Source: a virus
Virus record (IMG/VR): IMGVR_UViG_3300023278_003531
Location: 35,631 to 99,630 of that record
Strand: one strand, 5' to 3'
Length of the DNA: 64,000 bases
Shown here: positions 49,060 to 57,725 of the stretch, in pieces
Position numbering within the stretch: the first letter of the stretch is position 1
Layout: each line of letters starts with the position of its first letter
Notes under the pieces: generated by a model
Database searches by the model: none
The model's input: only the letters and a program-made list of their open reading frames with translations
Told to the model about the DNA's origin: nothing
Position numbers and translations under genes: made by a program

Positions 49060-49941
49060 TTATTCGGATTTATTTTCGTTACGCGCTGCGTAACGATCCT
49101 CCCATGCTTGGGCAAGCTCATTCTTTAATGTGGGGTTAGCCACAATTTCCTGATCCACAGACTTGGCAATTGCTTCGCCGAGAGAAAGCTTCTTAGAAGC
49201 AACTTCCTTAAGAGGCGCCTCTTCCTTCACAACTGCCTCTTCGGCATCAGCGTTCGCTTCCTCAGCAACTTCAGAAGCTGACGGGACTCGCCGCTCTCGG
49301 GTGACTTGCGCCATCTTCTGAGCAACATCGCGTACCATAGATACACACTTTTCGTCTTTCGGATCACAACCAAGGCTTTCTGCGATAGAAGCAACTTCCT
49401 TCTCATCGAGTTCTGCCTCGGTATCTTCTCCTGCTTCTTCGGAAGAGGATGCGTACTTAGTCTTAAGAGCCACAAGTTCACTCTTGTACGCTTCAAAAGA
49501 TTCGTCATCAAAACTTCGAACCTTAGCATACTGACGCTCGGCCTCGTCACCCTCAAGGGCAACACCTGCGTCTTCCAGGTCGGACATACGTCCGGCGGCA
49601 GTTTCCTCACGAGCGAGCGTCTCCAAAGCGGCCTCGGCCACCTCGGCTCGGCGAGATAGTGTTTCAATCTGCGCCTCAAGTTCAACGGTTCTCTCATTAG
49701 CTGCAACCTCTGCCTCAGATGGGGCAGTGGTGTCCAGCTGCGCAAGAGCTTCCTCGTACTCGGCAATCTTAGCGTCCTTCGCCTCAAGGGCCGCTCGTAG
49801 CTTCGCAAAAGTATCTCGTGCTTCAGTGAGAGCTTCCTCGGCTGCGGTTCGTGCGTGTGCCTCTTCGCGAGAAGATAGCACCTCATCGACCTTAGCCTGG
49901 ACAGCATTGTTGAACTCTTCAGGAGTCATTTCCTTTGTCAT
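49060..49941 (-). CDS. capsid scaffolding protein
   Basis: Acidic, Ala/Glu-rich coiled coil upstream of the decoration and MCP genes. Confidence 0.75.
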   Translation of the reverse strand: MTKEMTPEEFNNAVQAKVDEVLSSREEAHARTAAEEALTEARDTFAKLRAALEAKDAKIAEYEEALAQLDTTAPSEAEVAANERTVELEAQIETLSRRAEVAEAALETLAREETAAGRMSDLEDAGVALEGDEAERQYAKVRSFDDESFEAYKSELVALKTKYASSSEEAGEDTEAELDEKEVASIAESLGCDPKDEKCVSMVRDVAQKMAQVTRERRVPSASEVAEEANADAEEAVVKEEAPLKEVASKKLSLGEAIAKSVDQEIVANPTLKNELAQAWEDRYAARNENKSE

Positions 49942-50197
49942 GGTCGCTCTTCCTCCTTTAATAGAGTTTATATTGGCTTTGAAGTTTCGTCCCCCAACGT
50001 AACTTGTTATCTGCCGTGGCGTGCGCTTTGTGTCACGCTTCCTCTCATCTACTCCGTATCCTATTCCTTGGTTTTAATCCAGTAAACCAATTACTTAATA
50101 CCTAATACCTAGTGTCTTCGAAGACAATCTAGAAACCGTGTCAAACACGGCCTTGTGGTAACAGAGGCGCACCCCTGTTACCGAATACTTGTGGTAA

Positions 50198-50722
50198 TTA
50201 ACTAGGTAAATCCATTCCCAATAACTTAATAGAAATACTATCAGCGCTGGTTCCTGAAGAGAGAACTGTAGTAGTACTTCCAAACTTGAAACTGATCGAT
50301 ACAATATTGTTTGTTGCGTCAGTATAAGCCTGGTTAAGAATCAAAGTAGAATCTGCCACATTATTACCATCGGTTCCACAGGCCACAAACTGTCCCCTGT
50401 AGGTCTTTTTAGCACCCGCAGAGCCGACCGACTCAAGGCCACCCGAAAAGTCCACCGCACTACCATCAACAGGCAACTCCACACAATTAATACCATCAAA
50501 ATCAGAGGTGCTGTCCATAAGTCTGTAATTAGATTTAGTGTCGTCTAGATTATACTGAGCGATGATAGAACCTCTACCGGAACCCTCGGTTGCAATCTTC
50601 ACTTCCTTACCCTTGACAACAAGTTTAAGCATGTCGTGGGCAGTGTATCCCGAAACCGTAACTTCGTTCGTCGAGGTCAAAGATCCCTCTGTACTAGCTA
50701 GAACTTCCCATTCTCCTACCAT
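50198..50722 (-). CDS. hypothetical virion protein (174 aa)
   Basis: AAGGAGG RBS; beta-rich. Confidence 0.7.
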   Translation of the reverse strand: MVGEWEVLASTEGSLTSTNEVTVSGYTAHDMLKLVVKGKEVKIATEGSGRGSIIAQYNLDDTKSNYRLMDSTSDFDGINCVELPVDGSAVDFSGGLESVGSAGAKKTYRGQFVACGTDGNNVADSTLILNQAYTDATNNIVSISFKFGSTTTVLSSGTSADSISIKLLGMDLPS

Positions 50723-50770
50723 ACGTAATACCTCCTTTTAGTTTATTTTTTATTAAATAAACAAAGAAAG

Positions 50771-50796
50771 TAAAACGGCCCCTATAGGGTGGGGCC
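50771..50796 (-). terminator. intrinsic terminator
   Basis: GGCCCC-ACCCTATA-GGGGCC then GTTTTACTTTCTTT. Confidence 0.6.
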
Positions 50797-50867
50797 CGGC
50801 CCTAATAAATATTACGACGCTCATAACTTCAAAGTGTGGTTATTTGAACTATTTAATAACTAAATGG

Positions 50868-51068
50868 TTAAGGTAACAGAACCGCTATACCACTAGTAAC
50901 CACATCTACATACACACCACCAACAGGTACACCACTCGCAGTAGCATCGAGAGGACCATTAGCAGTTAAAAGACCGTTAAATGCAAGTGCTAATCCAAGT
51001 TTACCATCATCTCGGTACAGCTGTCCCACAGGGGTTACTGTAACGTTCTGCTGATCTGGCTTTGCCAT
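50868..51068 (-). CDS. small virion protein (66 aa)
   Basis: GGAGG RBS; ATASGVPVGGVY motif seen in phage structural proteins. Confidence 0.65.
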   Translation of the reverse strand: MAKPDQQNVTVTPVGQLYRDDGKLGLALAFNGLLTANGPLDATASGVPVGGVYVDVVTSGIAVLLP

Positions 51069-51080
51069 AACCTTCCTCCT

Positions 51081-51296
51081 TTATTCAGACTTTCTTGTAA
51101 AAATCAGCTGATCTTTTGTTATTTTAAATTCACCAATACTCGCTACAGCCTTCGATAAGAAGACAATAGTATCTTGCCTATTAAGAAGCTCAACGGCTTG
51201 CTCAACGGCACGTTCCCGATCATCGCCGGCATCCACTATAGTAGGGCCAGATCCGACGAGTAAAAGAAAACCAGAAGCTTTCTTGCGGTCAGCCAT
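51081..51296 (-). CDS. 71-aa ORF; probable frameshift extension of the prohead protease
   Basis: No good RBS. The frame is open upstream to the A10 run (51408..51417) at the protease 3' end. Confidence 0.6.
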   Translation of the reverse strand: MADRKKASGFLLLVGSGPTIVDAGDDRERAVEQAVELLNRQDTIVFLSKAVASIGEFKITKDQLIFTRKSE

Positions 51297-51400
51297 AGGA
51301 TTTAACTCGTGAGCTTTCCTAAATGCGTCTATTTTGTGTCTGAATCTTTCGACAGAGTTGTCGGAAATTACGGAAGAAGCGTCAATTGACTGGCTGCTAA

Positions 51401-52816
51401 TTACGAATTTTTTTTTTCAGTCTCAATCACAAAATCCCTAAGAGAGTTTCGGAGAGACTGCGCCTCGTCATGAAGTCGAACAATTTGATCTTGTCGTTCC
51501 GTTAGGGGCTCTACCGATGCGTCTACTTTATTAGTAACTGCGGGCAGAACAAGATCAGTGGTAAAACTATTACCCGGTGTATTAGACAAGAATTCACGTA
51601 CGGTCTTAGTAAATGCACCAGTGTCATCGGGGTTATTGGTCATAGAGTTTTTCTGATTTCGAAGACACTCGGGAGCTTTGGCGGTAGCACCAATAACAGG
51701 GCAGTGCTCCTCGAACAGAGCACAATAATGCTCCTGAATGACAGCACCTTCGGATTGATCTAGTGCGTTGTACTTGGTCAGTCTCTTCTTGAAACTTACA
51801 CAGGTACCGTCAATATTGCTCCCCACATAACCTGGACCAGGAAGACCACCCCCACTCCAACGAGCGGCTACTTCCTTATTAGGGCTAACCGTAAGTACTC
51901 TGCTGATTCCTCCGGTCTCCTCATCAAGCTCGAGATAAAGTTTAGGGGCATCTTCGTCCGTCTGAACTGTAGAAACCTCTACTAAATTATCTGCCATTTC
52001 GACCTCCTTGTCAACCTGGGTTTCCCCTGCGGTTTCAGAAAGTACTACTTTGTGTCCTCGGAGATTATCAATCATTTCTAGATCCACAACCTGCTCTCCC
52101 TTCTCCATCTGCTCACGTCGAGCTGCTGTCTCCATGATGATAGAGTGGGGGTTTGCAGGATTCTTAACAATACCCATCCCACTAAAGGTAATATGTCGAA
52201 GAACCCGCGCGACCTGTCGGACACCCATCTCCCTATGACCCGCCATTACCTTTACAAAACCACCTACCAGCTCATCAGGATCATACCCCAACGCCTGGGC
52301 CTCGTCACGTGTGATGATAGTATTGCCGATCTTAATGTCGAAGTCTTTAAAGAAACACTCCATGCTAACCTTCCACGCGCCTGCAGAAATTTCCTCTGCA
52401 TACTCGGGGAAGCGCATCTTGTGGATAACACCTGCTACTGCAATGTCCATATCCACACCATCCAGATCCTGGGAAGCTTTTTCATAATCTGCCATAACTA
52501 CCAGAGGATCAAACTGGCTACCATCCTTATACATATAAGCACATTCATAGATATGGCCGATGACCTTATCTTCCTCATGCTCGATATCAATGGCTTTATG
52601 CACTACAGTGTTGTGTGCCTTCATCATCTCTGATGGCAAGAAATGTGCACCATTCTTGTTAGTCCCTGCCGAGACCAGACAAGAGCGCATATATTGAAGA
52701 TCCTGCTGCTTTTCATCAGGAAAAGCGAGCACGGCAGCTTTCTCCATCGCAGCCTTCTCTACCTCCTGCTCCACCTCAATGGGTGCATATACTCTAATCT
52801 TATTCTCTTCGACCAT
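51401..52816 (-). CDS. prohead protease (HK97/assemblin-like) with Cys-containing C-terminal extension
   Basis: VSAGTNKNG, IDIEH (His), WKVSMEC (Ser), FSGMGIVKNPA; lies between portal and scaffold. Confidence 0.8.
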   Translation of the reverse strand: MVEENKIRVYAPIEVEQEVEKAAMEKAAVLAFPDEKQQDLQYMRSCLVSAGTNKNGAHFLPSEMMKAHNTVVHKAIDIEHEEDKVIGHIYECAYMYKDGSQFDPLVVMADYEKASQDLDGVDMDIAVAGVIHKMRFPEYAEEISAGAWKVSMECFFKDFDIKIGNTIITRDEAQALGYDPDELVGGFVKVMAGHREMGVRQVARVLRHITFSGMGIVKNPANPHSIIMETAARREQMEKGEQVVDLEMIDNLRGHKVVLSETAGETQVDKEVEMADNLVEVSTVQTDEDAPKLYLELDEETGGISRVLTVSPNKEVAARWSGGGLPGPGYVGSNIDGTCVSFKKRLTKYNALDQSEGAVIQEHYCALFEEHCPVIGATAKAPECLRNQKNSMTNNPDDTGAFTKTVREFLSNTPGNSFTTDLVLPAVTNKVDASVEPLTERQDQIVRLHDEAQSLRNSLRDFVIETEKKNS

Positions 52817-53014
52817 TTATTGTCCTCCCAACTCGGCTTCAGCTATTGCCGTGGCGGTATTCTCTTCTGAGTTTTCTTCGTCCTCTTTGAGAACCTTGTA
52901 AAGCTCATCTAACTTTTCTAAAGTCTGCTCACTTCTACGCTTAGTCTTTTGCTTAATCTCTGCTACTGTGGCTTCCATTGATTCTAGGTTTTGCATCGGA
53001 TTTCTATCCTCCAC
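52817..53014 (-). CDS. small coiled-coil protein
   Basis: Abuts both neighbours; GGAGG RBS. Confidence 0.6.
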   Translation of the reverse strand: MEDRNPMQNLESMEATVAEIKQKTKRRSEQTLEKLDELYKVLKEDEENSEENTATAIAEAELGGQ

Positions 53015-53257
53015 TTAGTCTGAATTCCGTTTAAAGACCTTTATCAAAAGATCTATTGAATCGTCCAGTTTGTGAGCGAGCTCTTCATAGCGTTCTTTGC
53101 TCTCGGTCACATCACTGATTCTCTCACGGTAGAGAGTTAGCAACTGATCTTGTAACTTATTTTTTTCTTGATAAAGATAATAAATAACACTACATAGTCC
53201 GACTCCTATTAGAGCAAAAAGACCATGCGCCTTAAATATTTCATTTAAGAGATCCAT
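53015..53257 (-). CDS. single-TM + coiled-coil protein (BhlA/UviB holin-like topology)
   Basis: GLFALIGVGLCSVIYYLY helix followed by a coiled coil; 80 aa. Confidence 0.5.
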   Translation of the reverse strand: MDLLNEIFKAHGLFALIGVGLCSVIYYLYQEKNKLQDQLLTLYRERISDVTESKERYEELAHKLDDSIDLLIKVFKRNSD

Positions 53258-53275
53258 AAGACTTCTGCCCTCCTA

Positions 53276-53533
53276 TTATGCTTGTGATATTGGGGATTCC
53301 GGCGCGCAAAGGCCTAAGTTATTTAAAATAAATCCCTCAGGGCACTCAAGAGTGCCTACCGGTTCAGCCCCCTCCACATTAGTAATAGGGATACAAGAAC
53401 CCGATTTCGGATCAAAGACTTCCTCAGGTCTACACTGCGGATGGAACTCCTGAGGATCAGTTATCTGACTTTTGTCAGACCATCCTCTTAGGATTTTCCC
53501 AAGTTGGCCGCGATGATCTGGCGAGCATGCCAC
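53276..53533 (-). CDS. probable -1 frameshift extension of 53488..55830 carrying two more Cys repeats
   Basis: CRPEEVFDPKSGSC and CPEGFILNNLGLC; slippery G GGA AAA at 53494..53500. Confidence 0.7.
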   Translation of the reverse strand: MACSPDHRGQLGKILRGWSDKSQITDPQEFHPQCRPEEVFDPKSGSCIPITNVEGAEPVGTLECPEGFILNNLGLCAPESPISQA

Positions 53534-55830
53534 AAAAGATGTTCCTGAGCATCAGCGACTGCCTGGTCTGCATACCCATCTATCTTAGACGACCTGGCCA
53601 ATGCATTTCGCAATCTTGCAACATCCACAGATGCGGTATCGTAAGAATCCTCTACATCTGGGGTATGGTGCATTAGATTACGTCGAGTATGTCCGACTAG
53701 GGAAGGAGGAAAAGCCTCGTTGGGTAGGTCCTTAGCGGCTACCTTGGACTTCTCCTTGTTTCCTTCCTCTGTCTCGTTTAGAATAACATCAAGAGCAGAG
53801 ATTATCTTAGCAAGAGACATGTTACCCACAGTGTCTCCTACCGAGGCAGTGTTTCCTGGATTTTGAGGGCTGGAACCAGCAGGGCGACTTTTGTCCATGC
53901 TGTCCAGTGGGCGACAAATTTTATTCTTAGCATCCCAAATAGTGTCCTTAGGACAATCACTGGGGAGATTAAGTTTGCCAGCTGGAGCATCAACCAGTCC
54001 TTCTCTGTTTCCTGGGTTGGCATCAGCACTCTCATCTTCCGACTTACCCTTAAACGCACCCTTACGAGGCATGCACTTTTTGGTAACAGGGTTCACGAAC
54101 TGTCCCTCAGGACAACCAGGACCTCCCTTGTTACCCGGACCAGACGTGGTAGTCTGAGCCTCGTCCTCGGCGGACTTGGCTTTCTTCTTTTTCTTATTGT
54201 CTTTCTTGTCGTCTTTCTTATCTCCGTCTTTGCCCTTTTTCTTATCCAACATCTTCTGGATGAAGGGAGGTATGAATGCATCTTCCTCACTGGACTTCGT
54301 ATTCTTACTGGAGTCTAGAGGATCACAATCTTGCTTATCCGCATTCCAGATAGTACCCTTAGGGCAATCCTGAGGCAGTCTAGCAGGTCTTCCCTCAGGC
54401 AAGGGAGTGATGTCTCTCTTAGCTGCTTTGCTAGTATCCATTTCGATGCACTTACGTGCACCGAAGTTGTACATCTGGCCGGGAGGACACTGGAAATTAA
54501 CAGGGTCTCTTCGACCCTCAGGCTGAACAGCCTGCTCTGTCTTGACAGCATCGTAAAATCCCTGCACCTTAGAGCAATTCTTAGACTCGGAACTCCATTC
54601 CATTCCAGGAGGGCAGGGTCCTTGATTTACCTCAGAAGACTGCTCCTTCTCATAGGAAGACATCCTCGCCGCAACAATCTCCTCACGAATAGGACGCATT
54701 AGGTCATTGATTACTTCAGCAAAATCTAAAGAAGTTTCAGCCTTAGCAAAATTATTGACCTCAATCTCACATGCCTTGGCACGTGCTAGAATCTTTCGTC
54801 TAAGTGATGCCTTCTCTGAGGAGGAGAGACCCTTCGCCTGGTTGAATCTGGACATCGCGTTTCTAACACGAGCGCAGGTGTCTAACGGAAACTTCCTCTT
54901 TCCAGGAACACCGAACGCACTGTCAGGCAGAGCATTACGCTGAGCGGATTTAATGGGCGCTGCAGACTCATTACCTACCAAACTAGGAGAATCAACTGCG
55001 GTCGGGTCGTCGCCATACTCATAAACTTCCTGAGGAAGTGCGTGTCCAAAGTGCTGGGACTTATATCCCTTACCAGAAAACTCCTCAACTATATAACCAG
55101 CTACATCGTGAGAATGTACCTCGTCCCCATAACCCTCGACGGAAGTCTTACCATTACCAGACGCATCTAGTGTTACTAGATGGGTGTGGCCGTGAAGGGG
55201 ATCGGGGGAAGTCATAGCAACCTTACCACTCAGATAACGTGCCAGCTCCTGCTTCTCATCCTCAGTAAGTGCTGCGGATGACATCAGGGTGTCCTTGTTT
55301 AGAGGGATACACTGCCTAAGCTTAAAATCAAAAAGCTGCTTAGGGGGGCACTGGAAATTAACAGTGTCTCGGCGGCCCTCAGGATCCATATTAACAATCT
55401 CCTGATGTCCCCCAGTTCCTGGAGCAGCTGCTTCTTCTACTACATACTCGTTAGCCTCAGTCATTGCAAACTCATCGCTAGTCTCAGACTCTGCTTCTTC
55501 CAGAGTAACACATCGTCTCTGGATAAAAGAAAAAGTCGTGCCCGCTGAGCACGACTCCGGTTCATCCATATCATCTGCGTCAATTGCGACCTCGGTCTGG
55601 GACAGAACCTCCACAGACGCGGTACCTCGCCACTCAGGGCCGTGATCAACATTCACACTTCGGCTCTCCAACGTGTGATCAATGCTGCCCATGGGAAGAC
55701 ATCGACCACTTGCAGGATCCTTACGATGTCCTTCGGGACAGTCTTCGTTCAACTCAATAGCGAACTCTCTCATCTCTGTAAGAAAATCTAAAGGATTATT
55801 TCCCTCGTTTGATTTATTATTGTCGGTCAT
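53488..55830 (-). CDS. head-associated protein with eight C-x12-C repeats, a His-rich motif and two DUF6582-like units (780 aa)
   Basis: Repeats CP-x-G-x2-aromatic-x6-C; HGHTH..HSH; LPDSAFGVPGKRKFPL..RVRNAMSRF and LPNEAF..HH..RLRNALAR. Confidence 0.75.
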   Translation of the reverse strand: MTDNNKSNEGNNPLDFLTEMREFAIELNEDCPEGHRKDPASGRCLPMGSIDHTLESRSVNVDHGPEWRGTASVEVLSQTEVAIDADDMDEPESCSAGTTFSFIQRRCVTLEEAESETSDEFAMTEANEYVVEEAAAPGTGGHQEIVNMDPEGRRDTVNFQCPPKQLFDFKLRQCIPLNKDTLMSSAALTEDEKQELARYLSGKVAMTSPDPLHGHTHLVTLDASGNGKTSVEGYGDEVHSHDVAGYIVEEFSGKGYKSQHFGHALPQEVYEYGDDPTAVDSPSLVGNESAAPIKSAQRNALPDSAFGVPGKRKFPLDTCARVRNAMSRFNQAKGLSSSEKASLRRKILARAKACEIEVNNFAKAETSLDFAEVINDLMRPIREEIVAARMSSYEKEQSSEVNQGPCPPGMEWSSESKNCSKVQGFYDAVKTEQAVQPEGRRDPVNFQCPPGQMYNFGARKCIEMDTSKAAKRDITPLPEGRPARLPQDCPKGTIWNADKQDCDPLDSSKNTKSSEEDAFIPPFIQKMLDKKKGKDGDKKDDKKDNKKKKKAKSAEDEAQTTTSGPGNKGGPGCPEGQFVNPVTKKCMPRKGAFKGKSEDESADANPGNREGLVDAPAGKLNLPSDCPKDTIWDAKNKICRPLDSMDKSRPAGSSPQNPGNTASVGDTVGNMSLAKIISALDVILNETEEGNKEKSKVAAKDLPNEAFPPSLVGHTRRNLMHHTPDVEDSYDTASVDVARLRNALARSSKIDGYADQAVADAQEHLLWHARQIIAANLGKS

Positions 55831-55847
55831 TTTCTAATGTCCTCCGT

Positions 55848-57725
55848 TTAACTAGATTTACTTGGCTTTGTTGGTTTTGTGTTTGGTTTTGTAGATTTAG
55901 CTCGGGGCTTACCCCGTCCCTTTCGAGGCCGACCCTCGCTCGGAGTTCCCGTAGGGGTTCTCTGAATGTTCTGAATATTCTTCTGCAGGGATTGGATCTG
56001 ATCTTGCATGTTTTTCTGGAAATCTTTAAGATCATCTTCTGTAACTGTAGTAGGCTTACCCCCCGGAGTACCATCGCTCGTAGGTGCAACAGCCCCGGGT
56101 GCAACCTTGGGGTTGTACGGAGATCCAATAATGCCCAGAACTCCTGCTTGAACTGCGGGCGACTCCTGGAGCATGTTAGCATACTCGTTAGAGAAGTCGA
56201 AACCAAGCTTCTCAATACCGGTTTCATAAGAAATGATTCTTCGATCAATCATACCCTGGATGACGCTCATTAACATAATCTCATCCTTCAGAGTGTTCTC
56301 ATCGAACCTAACCTTGGGATAACGATCGAAGCCCATTGCAAGTGCAACCTCTTCGTATTCGTGATCTATCCAACGTGTAACCACACGCCGGGCGTAATTA
56401 ATCTCCTCAGCAAATGCCTTAGTGGCTGCCTCTATTGCCTTTGCGTTACCTGAAACCTCACCATCAATAAGGGCCCTAGTGACTCCCATGGACTGGCTTA
56501 GATCATCATTGACTTGTTCGAATTTACTCTGTCCTAGAATATTGTCAATCTCGGGAAAGGTGATCTTCTCTACCTCCAGGGTGTGGTTCCACACGACATC
56601 AAAACTCTTACTAGAAGTATCGAACAACTGAGCGATTGCTTCTAACTGGGACTGATCAGTAACCGGATGCTCATCATTACCAATAGTTATCTTAAGAATA
56701 TAGTTTGTAATTCCATCCAAGGTGGAGAAATCTGCCTTCTTTAATTCTTCCTTGTAGCGAATATCATCCAAAGCCCTAGAAAGCTTAGGCTTGGGGTACC
56801 GCTCATAATCCTGACGTCGATAATCACACTTTCCTACCAACTCCGGTGGAAGCAGCACAGGTTTGTCCTTCTTTACCTGATCTTTAAGTTCTTTAGGTAG
56901 GCTGTTAAGAAAAGCCTTCTGCTCTTTAGTCAGCTTAGAAGTATTCTTAAGCATTTTTTTCAACTCTTTGAAAGCTTGAGGCTTAAGTAGAGTTTCTGTC
57001 TGGTTAAATAACAAAGGACCTTGGATAACTACTAATCTAGGATCTAGAATTGTGTATTGTAAGGGTATAAAAGCCTTAGACCATATTTTCTTAGCAGCGC
57101 CCCATTCCGTATGTGCTTGTAATTTCTGTAGATCAGAGGTAGTTGAGAACATATTAGCTTTGGCTACGCGCTTGATCGTCTTATCAAAATCTTCTGGCTT
57201 CAACTTAGGCGCAAACTTACCCGCAATCTTGAAGGTCCTTACAAGTCCTACTCTAAAGAAGTCAAAGAATATCTTCTCAACAGTTTCATGGAATCCAATC
57301 TCCCTAGTCCATGTATCATAAAAAAGTTTAATGGCGGGATCATCTATATCATTCTTAAAGCCCTTCGCGGCAAAGTTGGTTAGTGTGTCAATGACGGTGC
57401 CGATGTGTCCTTGAGAATGATAGGTATTAATTGCTGTATCGTAAAGCTGCTCGGGTCGTGCCTGTGTTACTTGCGGCTTACCAATAAGTAGATCAACATC
57501 TACACGTCGAAGCCAATCTCGAGAAATATTACGACCGCCCGTCCAAAACTTCATAGGATGTGGGTCTCCGTCTTTTCCTGTAAGAAACGCTAACTCCTTA
57601 ACACCCCTACCCTCGGGACCAACATCAATCTCCATGGAATGAGAACCATCACCATTATCCTCATAGGAGAGAACTTCAGCATTTTCTAGACCCGCATTAA
57701 GCTTCTCTTTAACATCGTCGGACAT
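55848..57725 (-). CDS. portal protein
   Basis: Directly after TerL; GTVIDTLTNFAAKG, YTILDP, DYRRQDYERY..P, LKITIG, VRFDE..L; basic C-terminal tail. Confidence 0.85.
   Translation of the reverse strand: MSDDVKEKLNAGLENAEVLSYEDNGDGSHSMEIDVGPEGRGVKELAFLTGKDGDPHPMKFWTGGRNISRDWLRRVDVDLLIGKPQVTQARPEQLYDTAINTYHSQGHIGTVIDTLTNFAAKGFKNDIDDPAIKLFYDTWTREIGFHETVEKIFFDFFRVGLVRTFKIAGKFAPKLKPEDFDKTIKRVAKANMFSTTSDLQKLQAHTEWGAAKKIWSKAFIPLQYTILDPRLVVIQGPLLFNQTETLLKPQAFKELKKMLKNTSKLTKEQKAFLNSLPKELKDQVKKDKPVLLPPELVGKCDYRRQDYERYPKPKLSRALDDIRYKEELKKADFSTLDGITNYILKITIGNDEHPVTDQSQLEAIAQLFDTSSKSFDVVWNHTLEVEKITFPEIDNILGQSKFEQVNDDLSQSMGVTRALIDGEVSGNAKAIEAATKAFAEEINYARRVVTRWIDHEYEEVALAMGFDRYPKVRFDENTLKDEIMLMSVIQGMIDRRIISYETGIEKLGFDFSNEYANMLQESPAVQAGVLGIIGSPYNPKVAPGAVAPTSDGTPGGKPTTVTEDDLKDFQKNMQDQIQSLQKNIQNIQRTPTGTPSEGRPRKGRGKPRAKSTKPNTKPTKPSKSS

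Noticed and set aside
49227-49907. 226-aa same-strand alternative-frame ORF inside the scaffold gene
   Set aside because: Arg/Leu/Pro-rich product expected from GCN/GAR-rich codons read off-frame; no RBS or slippery site found.
52817-53257. Complete lysis cassette
   Set aside because: Only a holin-like topology is seen; no endolysin or spanin is recognisable nearby.
55817-56248. 143-aa +1-frame ORF over the portal C-terminus as a possible frameshift product
   Set aside because: No X XXY YYZ heptamer or homopolymer seen, and the product has no protein-like features or repeats.
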